From a bacterium (GTDB taxonomy: Bacteria; Planctomycetota; UBA1135; UBA2386): a DNA stretch of 64,000 nucleotides. Location: contig JANSXC010000002.1 of the NCBI GenBank assembly GCA_024743115.1, positions 38,207 to 102,206 on the forward strand, given 5' to 3'. This document shows, one piece after another, positions 18,161 through 30,074 of this stretch (positions within the stretch are counted from its first letter, which is position 1; every line of letters starts with the position of its first letter). Both the position numbers and the translations under genes were made by a program. The notes under the pieces were generated by a model that saw nothing but the letters and a program-made list of their open reading frames with translations, had not been told where the DNA came from and ran no database searches.

Positions 18161-19318
18161 TCAGCTCGTTGCCGATCCGGTGGCGGCGAGGATGGCCGGC
18201 AGTTCGTCCCAGGCCAGCTCACCGTCGACGAAGGCACGGAGCGCGGGGCTGCCGCTGAGGATGTCGATCGGCGCCTTCTCGGCCTCGTACTCGTAGGGCG
18301 GCGGCAGCCACTCGAAGCGGTCGGGCCAGAGTTCGCGGACGGTGCGCAGCAGCACGGCCGTCGTGCGCACCGGCCGGAACGTCGCGGGGTCGGTGACGTG
18401 CAGGAAAAGGCCGCCGCAGGGTTCGCCGGCGTGTTTCTGGAACGTCGACTCGAAGCGAACGGGGCGCAGCGCGACGCCGGGCAGGTCGTGTTCGAGTGCT
18501 GTGTCGCGCAGCCGGAACGGGTCGATGAACGGGGCGCCGAACTGTTCGAACGGCGTCGTCGTGCCGCGGCCTTCGCTGAGGCGCGTGCCTTCGAGCAGCA
18601 CCTGGCCCGGGTAGACGAGGGCGCCAGCGAAGCGCGGCAGGTTGGGTGAAGGCGGGATCCACTCGCGGCCGAGTTCGGGCCAGAGCTGGTCGCGGGCGAC
18701 GCCGTTGCATGGGACCACGTGCAGGTCGGTGGCGAGACCGAGCAGGTCATTGCACCGGTGTGCGAGTTCGCCGAGCGTCAGGCCGTGCCGCAGCGCGATC
18801 GGCGCGCCGCCGACGAAACTCTCGAACGCCATGTCGAGCATGGGCCCCTCGACCTCTTCGCAGCCCAGTGGGTTGGGGCGGTCGAGCACGAGCACCGGCA
18901 GGCCCGCCGCGGTCGCGGCGGCCATGCAGTTGGTCAGCGTCCACGCGTAGGTGTAGACCCGCGTCCCGACGTCCTGAAGGTCGACGACGAGCAGGTCGAG
19001 GCCGCGGAGCATCTGCGGCGTCGGCCGGCGCGTCTCCGAGTAGAGGCTGTGGACCGGGATGCCGAGTCGCGGATGCACGCCGTGCGCGGTCTCGACCATG
19101 TTGTCCTGCTCGGTCGACCACAGGCCGTGCTGCGGGCCGAACAGGGCGGCGAGGCGGTCGCCTAGCACCGCGTGCAGGCGATCCGCGGCGTGCACGAAGT
19201 CGCGATCGACCGACGCCTGGTTGCAGACGAGGCCGACGCTGCGACTTTGCTGCAGGATCGCGGGCGGAGCCTCGCAGCAGGCTTCGAGCCCGATCCAGAT
19301 CGCGGTGGTTGCGGTCAT
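18161..19318 (-). CDS. DUF1343 / NamZ-like exo-beta-N-acetylmuramidase family protein, apparently cytoplasmic
   Basis: The ORF is open to 19378, but that start would overlap the upstream gene, so ATG 19318 is preferred. Family motifs LVVDLQDVGTRVYTYAWT and LDRPNPLG. No signal peptide from ATG 19318. Confidence 0.85.
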   Translation of the reverse strand: MTATTAIWIGLEACCEAPPAILQQSRSVGLVCNQASVDRDFVHAADRLHAVLGDRLAALFGPQHGLWSTEQDNMVETAHGVHPRLGIPVHSLYSETRRPTPQMLRGLDLLVVDLQDVGTRVYTYAWTLTNCMAAATAAGLPVLVLDRPNPLGCEEVEGPMLDMAFESFVGGAPIALRHGLTLGELAHRCNDLLGLATDLHVVPCNGVARDQLWPELGREWIPPSPNLPRFAGALVYPGQVLLEGTRLSEGRGTTTPFEQFGAPFIDPFRLRDTALEHDLPGVALRPVRFESTFQKHAGEPCGGLFLHVTDPATFRPVRTTAVLLRTVRELWPDRFEWLPPPYEYEAEKAPIDILSGSPALRAFVDGELAWDELPAILAATGSATS

Positions 19319-19325
19319 GGCCGGA

Positions 19326-20564
19326 TCACTCGTAGAGCAGGAACGGCTTGCGCCGCATCTGGAACACGCGCAGGTCACTGCGCCAGCTCGCGATGATCTC
19401 TTCCGCGGCCTTGCCGGCGAGGATCGCGCTCGCGGCGTCGGCGTCGCGCAGCAGCCAGTCGAGGCGCTTGGTGTCCCAGTCGTCGCGGTAGAGCTTGCGC
19501 AGCGCGCACAGCAGGTGGATGCCAGTGCGCACGGGTTGAAACGCGCGCCAGTTCGTGATCGCGATGTCGACGCCGCCGCACTTGGTACCCTTGTGCTTGC
19601 TGCTGTTCGGCGTGAAGCGGATCGGGACGAACGTCACGCCCGGGAGGTTCTGCGCGCGCAGTTCGGCGGCGAGCTCACGGCCGTCGATCCACGGTGCGCC
19701 GACGACCTCGAACGGCGTGTCGGTGCCGCGGCCGACGGACACGTTGGTGCCCTCGACGAGGCCGATGCCGGGGTAGAGCAGCGCCTGCGTCAGGCAGCGC
19801 ATGTTCGGTGACGGATTGACCCACAAAAGACCGGTGCGATCCCAGAGGTCGGCGCGGTGCCAGCCCGTGCACTGCACGACCTCGAGCTCGGCCTGGATGC
19901 CGTCCTCGCCGGCGATCATGCGCGCGAGTTCGCCCGCGGTCATGCCATGGCGCAGCGGCACGCGGTGGGCGGCGATGAAGCTGCGGCGATCGTCCGCGAG
20001 GACGGGGCCGGCGATCGCGATGCCGCCGATCGGGTTGGGGCGATCGAGCACGACGAAGCGCAGATCGTGCTTGGCGGCGGCCTCGAGCGCGTTCCGCATC
20101 GTCGAGACGTAGGTGTAGAACCGGCAGCCGATGTCCTGGATGTCGAACACGAGCGTGTCGACGCCCTGCAGGGATTCCGGGGTCGGCGTGCGGTGCTTGC
20201 CGTAGAGCGAGAACACGCGCAGGCCGGTCGCGCGGTCGCGCGAGTCGCCGACCTTCTCGTCGAGGATGCCGTCCCAGCCGTGTTCGGGCGAGAAGAGCGT
20301 GACGACCTCGACGCCCTTGGCGTTCGCGAGCACGTCGACCGTGCGCCGACCGTCGATCGTGCGGCCGGTGTGGTTGGTGATGATGCCGAGCTTGCGGCCG
20401 CGCAGGCGGGCGCAGTCCTCGGCCGCGAGCACGTCGATGCCGGTCTGCACCTGGGCAGTCGCCTGGTCGGTCGCGAGGGCCGACACGGCGAGCAGCGTGC
20501 ACGCTGTGGCACTGGCCCGGCGTGCGAGTCGGTTCGAGAGTTGGCGGAGGGCTGGCAGCTTCAT
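19326..20564 (-). CDS. DUF1343 / NamZ-like exo-beta-N-acetylmuramidase family protein, exported paralog
   Basis: 412-aa ORF with an N-terminal signal peptide (...CTLLAVSALATDQATAQ). Motifs LVFDIQDIGCRFYTYVST and LDRPNPIGG. The ATG overlaps the stop of the SSS gene (ATGA). Confidence 0.88.
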   Translation of the reverse strand: MKLPALRQLSNRLARRASATACTLLAVSALATDQATAQVQTGIDVLAAEDCARLRGRKLGIITNHTGRTIDGRRTVDVLANAKGVEVVTLFSPEHGWDGILDEKVGDSRDRATGLRVFSLYGKHRTPTPESLQGVDTLVFDIQDIGCRFYTYVSTMRNALEAAAKHDLRFVVLDRPNPIGGIAIAGPVLADDRRSFIAAHRVPLRHGMTAGELARMIAGEDGIQAELEVVQCTGWHRADLWDRTGLLWVNPSPNMRCLTQALLYPGIGLVEGTNVSVGRGTDTPFEVVGAPWIDGRELAAELRAQNLPGVTFVPIRFTPNSSKHKGTKCGGVDIAITNWRAFQPVRTGIHLLCALRKLYRDDWDTKRLDWLLRDADAASAILAGKAAEEIIASWRSDLRVFQMRRKPFLLYE

Positions 20565-22015
20565 GGGTTGCTACTGGGCAGGATACGGGCAGCGAGCGTG
20601 CCGACGAGCGCGGTGACGCCGCAGCTCGCGACGCCGTACCACGGCCAGGAGATGCGAGTGTCGTACTCCGGCAGCACGAAGATGACGATGATCGTTGTCG
20701 CGATTCCGGCTACGAGGCCGATGAGGGACGCCGCCGGTGAACGGCGGCGGGCCATTGCCAGCACGAACAGCCCGAGGATCACTCCGGTCGTGATCGTTGC
20801 AATGCCGAGCACCTGGCCGACGATCGGACTCTTGCGGTCGATGTCGCTCATGCCGACGGCCATCTGCAGCGCGGCGAAGATCACGGTCGCGATACGTGAG
20901 GCGCGGAGTGCGAACGGTGAATCGGCGGCGTGTTTCGTGATCGGGAGCACGAAGTCGTTGACCAGTGCTGACGCCGACGCGGCGAGCGAGCTGGACAAGG
21001 TCGACATGGCGGCGGAGAACACGGACCCGAGCACGATGCCGATCAGGCCGACCGGCAGGTGCTGCACGATGAAGTCCGCGAAGACTGCGTCGGGCGTGTC
21101 GAACTCGCGCCCTGCGTAGAACACCGCGAGGCCGAGTCCGAGGACGAGGAACAGCGCGAACTGCACGAGTACTACGGGCCCACTCCACGACAGTGCTCGC
21201 TGGGCCTCGCCGAGCGAGCGCGCGCTGAGATAGCGTTGGACGATCAACTGGTCGACGCCGTGGCTTCCGATCGAGAGGACGGCGCCGCCAATCAGCCCGG
21301 CCCACAGCGTGTATGGTTTGGCGAAGAACTCACGCAGCGTGTCGCCGCTGCCTAGGTCGAAGTACGACTCGGTCGTGAGGTCACTGAGCGCCCCGAGCAT
21401 GCCGTCTTCGAGTCGCGAGTCCAACACGGCCAGTGCGACCATTGCCCCGAGCATGTAGACCACGAACTGGATTACGTCGGTCCATACGACCGCCTTGATG
21501 CCGCCGAGCACGGTGTAGATCACGGTCGCGACGCCGACGACGGTCACGGCGACCCAGGTCTCGCACCCGAGCATGATCTCGAGCACGAGCGCGGCGAGAA
21601 ACAGTCGCAGTCCGTCCGACAGCGTGCGCGTGACGAGGAAGAGCCCGCTCGCGATCGTGCGAACCGCGGGGCCGCTGCGCTGCCGCAACACTTCGTAGGC
21701 CGTGAACAACCGACCCTGGAAATAGAGCGGTAGCAGCACGCCCGTCGCAATCGCGCGCCCGATCAGGTAGCCGAGCGGTAGCTGCAGGAAATGCAGGTTG
21801 CCGCTGCCGTAGGCGATGCCGGGCACCGACAGGAACGTCGCCGTGCTGGTCTCGGTTGCGACGATCGAGATCAGCAGCGCCCACCACGGCAGGTTGCGGC
21901 CGCCGAGCAGATAGTCCGAGGCGTTCTTCTGGCCGCGGCTGATCCAGATCCCGAACGCGATCGTCGCGAGGACGTAGACGATCAGGATCGCGAGGTCGAC
22001 GGAGCCGATGTTCAT
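20561..22015 (-). CDS. Sodium:solute symporter (SSS) family transporter
   Basis: 484-aa polytopic ORF with the SSS signature region LGGIKAVVWTDVIQFVV. Confidence 0.88.
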   Translation of the reverse strand: MNIGSVDLAILIVYVLATIAFGIWISRGQKNASDYLLGGRNLPWWALLISIVATETSTATFLSVPGIAYGSGNLHFLQLPLGYLIGRAIATGVLLPLYFQGRLFTAYEVLRQRSGPAVRTIASGLFLVTRTLSDGLRLFLAALVLEIMLGCETWVAVTVVGVATVIYTVLGGIKAVVWTDVIQFVVYMLGAMVALAVLDSRLEDGMLGALSDLTTESYFDLGSGDTLREFFAKPYTLWAGLIGGAVLSIGSHGVDQLIVQRYLSARSLGEAQRALSWSGPVVLVQFALFLVLGLGLAVFYAGREFDTPDAVFADFIVQHLPVGLIGIVLGSVFSAAMSTLSSSLAASASALVNDFVLPITKHAADSPFALRASRIATVIFAALQMAVGMSDIDRKSPIVGQVLGIATITTGVILGLFVLAMARRRSPAASLIGLVAGIATTIIVIFVLPEYDTRISWPWYGVASCGVTALVGTLAARILPSSNP

Positions 22016-22090
22016 GGGCGCGCCGCAAGCTACCGCCGCGGCGCGGGCGAGAACAGGATCCGGCGATTCGGCGAGCCGACAGTCGACGTC

Positions 22091-23083
22091 TCAGTAGAGC
22101 CGCAGTCGCAGGGCGTTGCTGGTTGCGAACGGCAGCGGCGAGGTGGCGTTGAGGTCGAGTGGCACCATCTGGATCGCGAGGAAGACGTTCGCGAGCCCCG
22201 TGGAGTTGGGGATCGCGAAGCCGAGGCGCGCGTGGCCGGCGTAATCGGGGCCGCGGGTGTCGCCGTTGCCCGCAAACAGCAGCAGCGTGCTGATCGAGTC
22301 GGTGTTCTGCATGCAGGCCGGGTTGAGGCCTGGAACCGCGAGGGGGGTGAAGTTCGGGTTGCCGCCGATCACCGCGAACACTGCACCGCCGGGCGGATTG
22401 CCGCACGTCTCGTAGGCGAACCGGGAGTTGCCGATCGTCGGTGGCTCGTTGGTGAAGGCGGTCGGAACTTCGCCCGTCGACAGCGGGCAGCCCTGCCCTT
22501 GCGTCGTCACGCCCTGATCGTCGAGCAGATTGCAGAACAGCTGGAACTTCGGCGCGCTCGTCGTGGCGGCGCTCCAGGCGCCGGTGCCCGCGCGGCTCAC
22601 GTGAGTGAGGTTGAAGGTGCCGTTCGGTTCCGTGATGAGTTGGGTGAAGCCGGGCTCGACGAACACGAACCAGGTCGGGACGCCGGGCTGCAGGGTGACG
22701 GCGCGATCGAAGTTCGCGCCGCGCCAGCCCGCGGCTCGTGTGTTGTCGATCTCCCAGACGCCGCCGCCGAGGCGGCTACCCGGTTCGCCGTTGACCTCGT
22801 CCCAGAGTTCGACGGCGAGGAACGCGTCGCCCGGATAGGAGGCGTTCCTCGTGAAGACCTTGGCGGCCTGAACCGTGAAGTTGGCGTTGGCCGGCGGCGT
22901 GAACCGCCAGGCGAAGTAGTTCTGACCGGCGAGGCTGTACGACGACACCGCGGTCGACGAACTCGTCGTGGTAGCGTTCGCAGCCAGGCACGGTGCGGTC
23001 TGGGCGCTGAGCGCGGCCGGCGTCGTGGCTAGCAGGACGGTCAGGAGGGACAGGCGGATCTCGGGTCGCATCGAACTTCTCAC
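22091..23083 (-). CDS. Secreted hypothetical protein with shared C-terminal module
   Basis: 330-aa ORF with a signal peptide (...LLATTPAALSAQ). The C-terminal ~125 aa end in ...FLAIQMVPLDLNATSPLPFATSNALRLRLY, matching the shared module. Confidence 0.75.
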   Translation of the reverse strand: MRSSMRPEIRLSLLTVLLATTPAALSAQTAPCLAANATTTSSSTAVSSYSLAGQNYFAWRFTPPANANFTVQAAKVFTRNASYPGDAFLAVELWDEVNGEPGSRLGGGVWEIDNTRAAGWRGANFDRAVTLQPGVPTWFVFVEPGFTQLITEPNGTFNLTHVSRAGTGAWSAATTSAPKFQLFCNLLDDQGVTTQGQGCPLSTGEVPTAFTNEPPTIGNSRFAYETCGNPPGGAVFAVIGGNPNFTPLAVPGLNPACMQNTDSISTLLLFAGNGDTRGPDYAGHARLGFAIPNSTGLANVFLAIQMVPLDLNATSPLPFATSNALRLRLY

Positions 23084-23242
23084 GGGTTGTGCCGCGCCGC
23101 CAGGCTGCGCGGTGAGGGGACTGGGAAGGTTGCGTGGGCGCCGACGCTGGTTCTGACGCGGTAGTTAGTCCCGAGCCCGTGGCGGGTCACACCACCTTCG
23201 CCATGGGGTGGCGGCCGGGCGTCGCTATACTCGGAACGCAGC

Positions 23243-24145
23243 ATGGACCGACTCGACCTCAGTGCGCTCACGACGGAGGCGCGCAACCCCCGCACGGAAG
23301 AACTCGACGCAATGTCGACGCTGGACCTCGTGCGGGCGATGAACGACGAGGATCGGGGCGTCGCCGATGCGGTCGCGGCCGCGTTGCCGCAGATCGCGGC
23401 GGTCGTCGACAAGATCGCGGTCCAGATGCGCAAGGGTGGCCGATTGCTCTACGTCGGCGCCGGTACGTCGGGGCGGCTCGGAGTGCTCGACGCGGCGGAG
23501 TGCCCGCCGACGTTCTCCGCGGATCCGCGCGCGGTCGTCGGGCTGATCGCTGGCGGTTCGGATGCGTTCTTGCAGGCGGTCGAGGGCGCCGAGGACGATC
23601 CTGCGCTCGCGGCGGCGGACCTCGAGCGCATCGACGTACGCGAGAAGGACATCGTCGTCGGGATCGCCGCGAGTGGGCGCACGCCCTACGTGATCGGTGC
23701 GCTGCGGTACGCCGCGAAACAGAACGCCACGACGGTTTCGATCACGTGCAACCCCGGCAGTCCTTTGGCGGCAGCCGCGCAGCTGCCGATCGAAGTGCCG
23801 ACGGGTCCCGAGGTCGTCACGGGCAGCACCCGCCTGAAGGCCGGCACCGCGACGAAGATGGTGCTCAACATGCTCACGACCGGCGCGTTCGTGCGCCTCA
23901 ACAAGACGTACGGCAACCTGATGGTCGACCTGCAGGCGAGCAACGAGAAGCTCGTCGCGCGCAGCATCAACATGGTGGCGACCGCCACGGGCTCGGACCA
24001 TGCCACCGCCGAGCGTGCGCTCGCCGATTGCGATGGCGAGGTCAAGACCGCGATCGTGAGCCTGCTCAAACGGGTCGATCCGGCGCAGGCGCGCACGCTG
24101 CTGTTCCATTGTGTCGGCAGCGTGCGGGACGCGCTCGACTCGTGA
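23243..24145 (+). CDS. murQ: N-acetylmuramic acid 6-phosphate etherase (MurQ)
   Basis: 300-aa ORF. SIS-domain motifs GRLLYVGAGTSGRLGVLDAAECPPTF and TGSTRLKAGTATKMVLNMLTT. Confidence 0.93.
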   Translation: MDRLDLSALTTEARNPRTEELDAMSTLDLVRAMNDEDRGVADAVAAALPQIAAVVDKIAVQMRKGGRLLYVGAGTSGRLGVLDAAECPPTFSADPRAVVGLIAGGSDAFLQAVEGAEDDPALAAADLERIDVREKDIVVGIAASGRTPYVIGALRYAAKQNATTVSITCNPGSPLAAAAQLPIEVPTGPEVVTGSTRLKAGTATKMVLNMLTTGAFVRLNKTYGNLMVDLQASNEKLVARSINMVATATGSDHATAERALADCDGEVKTAIVSLLKRVDPAQARTLLFHCVGSVRDALDS

Positions 24146-25380
24146 GCGCGGGCGCTGCCGACGCCGCGCCCGCGGGCGGCGACGCTGCTGCCGGGCGCTG
24201 GCTCGGGCTCGATGCCCTGCGTGGGTTGTCGATCGCCGCGATGATCCTCGTCAACAACCCGGGGCGCTGGTCGTCGGAGTGGCAGTACTCGCAGCTACGG
24301 CATGCGGCTTGGCACGGTTGCACGTTCACGGACCTCGTCTTTCCGACGTTCCTGTTCTGCGCCGGTGTGGCGATCGCGCCCGCGCTCGGCAAGCAGCTGG
24401 CGCGCGGGGTGGACCGGTCGGCTCTGGCATGGCGGATCGGCAAGCGTGTCGTCGTGCTCGTCCTCCTCGGGATGATGCTGTCCGCGTTCCCGTTCGTGCG
24501 ACTCGACGTGGGAGAGAACGGCGGCTTCGTCGAGCACTTCTCGCCGCTGCTCGGCACCCGGTTTCCCGGCGTGCTGCAGCGGATCGGGCTGTGCTATGGC
24601 GCCGCGGCGCTGCTCTTCCTGTTCTGTTCGCGGCGCATGCAACGGCTGGTGCTGGTGCTCAGTCTGCTGCTCTACTGGCCGCTCATCACGCTCGTGCCGG
24701 TGCCGGGAATCGGTATGCCCGACATCGACACCGCGGCCATGACCCTGCAGGGTTGGCTGGACTGCGCGGTCTTCGGCGACCACATCTGGGTGAAGGGCAA
24801 GTATGACCCCGAGGGGCTGCTGAGCACCCTGCCGGCGCTCGGGACCTGTCTGCTGGGGCTCGAGGCGGGGCGGGTGCTCGCTGCCCGGAGTTCGAGCGGG
24901 TTGCCGGGCGCCGGCGCGACCGCGGCCAACCGCCTGCTACTGTTCGGCCTCGGGTTGATGGTCATCGGCTGGCTCTGGAGTTTCGCGTTGCCGTTCAACA
25001 AGCCGATCTGGACCAGCAGCTACGCGGTCTGGACGGCGGGAATCGCGATGATGCTGCTCGGTGGGCTGCAGCACGTCGCGCGCTCGGGCCTCGGTCGCGT
25101 ACTGCTCTGGCCGCTGCAGGTCTACGGCGTCAATGCGTTGCTCGTGTTCGTCGGCAGCAGCCTGCTCGGCCAGACCATTGCCCGCTACTGGACCGTCGAG
25201 ATGGTCGCGGCCGATGGCGCGCCGCGGACGGTCAGCTTCAAGTATTGGATCTTCGAGAGCGTGTTCGTCCCGGCGTATGCCCCGAAGGACGCCTCGCTGG
25301 CGTTTGCACTGACGTGGATCGCCGGGTGGTTCGTCGTGTTGGTCGTGCTTTACCGTTTCCGAATCGTGTGGAAGGTCTGA
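24142..25380 (+). CDS. HGSNAT-like (DUF5009/DUF1624) transmembrane acyl/acetyltransferase
   Basis: This is the C-terminal part of the 748-aa ORF 23134..25380. In-frame GTG 24142 overlaps the murQ stop (GTGA). The N-terminal motif RWLGLDALRGLSIAAMILVNNPG is followed by many TM helices. Confidence 0.8.
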   Translation: MSAGAADAAPAGGDAAAGRWLGLDALRGLSIAAMILVNNPGRWSSEWQYSQLRHAAWHGCTFTDLVFPTFLFCAGVAIAPALGKQLARGVDRSALAWRIGKRVVVLVLLGMMLSAFPFVRLDVGENGGFVEHFSPLLGTRFPGVLQRIGLCYGAAALLFLFCSRRMQRLVLVLSLLLYWPLITLVPVPGIGMPDIDTAAMTLQGWLDCAVFGDHIWVKGKYDPEGLLSTLPALGTCLLGLEAGRVLAARSSSGLPGAGATAANRLLLFGLGLMVIGWLWSFALPFNKPIWTSSYAVWTAGIAMMLLGGLQHVARSGLGRVLLWPLQVYGVNALLVFVGSSLLGQTIARYWTVEMVAADGAPRTVSFKYWIFESVFVPAYAPKDASLAFALTWIAGWFVVLVVLYRFRIVWKV

Positions 25381-25381
25381 C

Positions 25382-26314
25382 GTGATCCAGCTCCGTCCTC
25401 GTGATCTCCCGAGTCTCCTCGCCCTGATCAGCACCGCCATCACCTCGGCGACGGCCCAGGTCGAGATCCACGATCCCCGCGGGCGAGAACTCGTCGTCGC
25501 CGACGCGAAGATCGAACGCCTCGGTGCCGGCATGAAGTTCGTCGAGGGGCCGGTGTGGCTGCCGAACGAACGTGCGCTCGTGTTCTCCGATATCCCGCGC
25601 GGCAAGCTGATGCGATGGACCGCCGCGACCGGCGTAGCGGAGTGGCGTGACAGCGAACAGAGCAATGGCAATACGCTCGATCGCGAGGGACGCCTGCTCT
25701 CCTGCGAGCATCGCGCGCGGCGCATCGTGCGGTACGGCGCCGATGGCGAACCGACCGTGCTGCTCGAACGCTTCGACGGCAAGCGGCTCAACTCGCCGAA
25801 CGATCTGGCGGTGCGGTTCGACGGCAGCATCTGGTTCACGGATCCGCCGTACGGACTGCGAGGTCGCGCGCCCGAGCAGCCGGGGAACTTCGTCTACCGG
25901 CTCGAGCCGAAGACCGGCGCCGTGACCGTCATGCAGCGCGAGTTCGACAAACCGAACGGCATCTGCTTCGCGCCGGACCACGTCCGGATTTACATCGCGG
26001 ACAGTGGCGAGAAGCAGCGGGTCGGGGCGTTCGCGGTGCAGGCGGACGGCGCGCTGAGCCGGCCACTGTTCTGGCTGGCGGGCGGAGCGGACGGCATGCG
26101 GTGCGACCGGGCCGGCAACCTCTGGCGCACGACGCGTTCCGGCGTGCTGGTGCATTCGCCACGCGGCGAGCTGCTGGCGACGATTCGGTTGCCTGAGGTG
26201 CCCGCAAACTGCGCGTTCGGAGGCGCCGATGGCAAGAGCCTGTTCGTCACCGCGCGGACCTCGCTCTATCGCGTGCCGGTGCAGATCACTGGCGCTGCCT
26301 GCCCGCCCCGCTGA
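25382..26314 (+). CDS. SMP-30 / gluconolactonase / LRE-like beta-propeller protein, exported
   Basis: 310-aa ORF from a GTG 1 nt after the previous stop. Signal peptide ...ISTAITSATAQ. SGL-domain pattern (GNTLDREGRLLSCEH...NSPNDLAVRFDGSIWFTDPPYG). Confidence 0.85.
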   Translation: MIQLRPRDLPSLLALISTAITSATAQVEIHDPRGRELVVADAKIERLGAGMKFVEGPVWLPNERALVFSDIPRGKLMRWTAATGVAEWRDSEQSNGNTLDREGRLLSCEHRARRIVRYGADGEPTVLLERFDGKRLNSPNDLAVRFDGSIWFTDPPYGLRGRAPEQPGNFVYRLEPKTGAVTVMQREFDKPNGICFAPDHVRIYIADSGEKQRVGAFAVQADGALSRPLFWLAGGADGMRCDRAGNLWRTTRSGVLVHSPRGELLATIRLPEVPANCAFGGADGKSLFVTARTSLYRVPVQITGAACPPR

Positions 26315-26373
26315 GGTGGCCTCGCGCGGCCTCCCGGCAGCCGCAGGCTCACGGTCTTGCCTGCCGTGCAGGC

Positions 26374-27156
26374 TTGGCGCAAAGTGCCGTCATGTCCGTG
26401 CCGGCACCCGAGATCAGGATCCTTCCGAGCGCCGAGGCGGCGGTGCCGCTGCTGCTCGACGAGCTGCGTCGTACCGTGACCAGGTTCGAGCGGCCGCTCG
26501 TCTCGTTCGCGACCGGGGGCACGTTCACCGCCATGCTGCGCGCGCTCGTGCGTGAGTTCACCGTCGGCAAGCCGGGAACGATCTTCGGCCGCGAGTTCTC
26601 GGCGACGCACCTCGACGAGTACGCCGGGTTCGATCCGACGCGCGATGGTGGCATGGTTCACGAACTCACGACGGCTTGCCCGCCACTGTCGGCGATGCTC
26701 GCGGCGGAACGGTTCCTGCCCGTGCCTCACGTCGAGGATGCAGCCGCGATCGGGCGGCACGCGGAGCGGCTGCGTGCGGCGGGCGGCGTCAAGCTGCAGT
26801 TCCTCGGCATCGGTCGGAACGGGCACATCGCGTTCAACGAGCCGGGCACCGATCTCGACGGTGGGTTCCACGCGACCGATCTCGCCGAAGCGACGCGGCG
26901 CGACGCCCGTGCGCGGTTCGCGCCCGCGGAACCGCCGCGCCGCGCGATCACTTCGGGAGTCGGCACGATCCTCGGGGCCGAGCGGCTGGTCCTCTGTGCG
27001 TTCGGTTCGGCGAAGGCGCCGGCGATCGAAGCGATGCTGCGCGGCGACGTCTCGCCCGCGTGCCCCGCCTCGGCGGTCAGGCGCCACGCCGACGTTCTCG
27101 TGCTGCTCGATGCGGCCGCGGCCGCGGGCATCACGGACGAATCCGTCGCGCCCTGA
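26374..27156 (+). CDS. nagB: Glucosamine-6-phosphate deaminase (NagB family)
   Basis: 260-aa ORF (alternative ATG 26392). Signature GIGRNGHIAFNEPG. Confidence 0.85.
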   Translation: MAQSAVMSVPAPEIRILPSAEAAVPLLLDELRRTVTRFERPLVSFATGGTFTAMLRALVREFTVGKPGTIFGREFSATHLDEYAGFDPTRDGGMVHELTTACPPLSAMLAAERFLPVPHVEDAAAIGRHAERLRAAGGVKLQFLGIGRNGHIAFNEPGTDLDGGFHATDLAEATRRDARARFAPAEPPRRAITSGVGTILGAERLVLCAFGSAKAPAIEAMLRGDVSPACPASAVRRHADVLVLLDAAAAAGITDESVAP

Positions 27157-27247
27157 TCGCTGGTGGGGCGCCGGTTCGGCCCTCCGATCGAGCTGGCGAA
27201 TCCTGCTCCGACGCGCCTTCCAGACCCGCGAACTGTACGCTGCGCGC

Positions 27248-30073
<2,826 letters not shown>

Positions 30074-30074
30074 G

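Noticed and set aside
19857-23032. Plus-strand ORFs of 420 and 413 aa and a minus-strand alternative-frame ORF of 341 aa, overlapping the NamZ-2, SSS and secreted-protein genes
   Set aside because: No motifs and shadow composition. The chosen minus-strand frames contain DUF1343 and SSS signatures.
23134-24141. N-terminal extensions of several ORFs in the track (23134..24141, 26552..27247, 52815..53240, 16631..16969, 9401..9541, 16383..16787)
   Set aside because: The extensions are Arg/Gly/Pro-rich, overlap the preceding well-supported gene, and are followed by an in-frame start that yields a proper signal peptide or conserved N-terminus.
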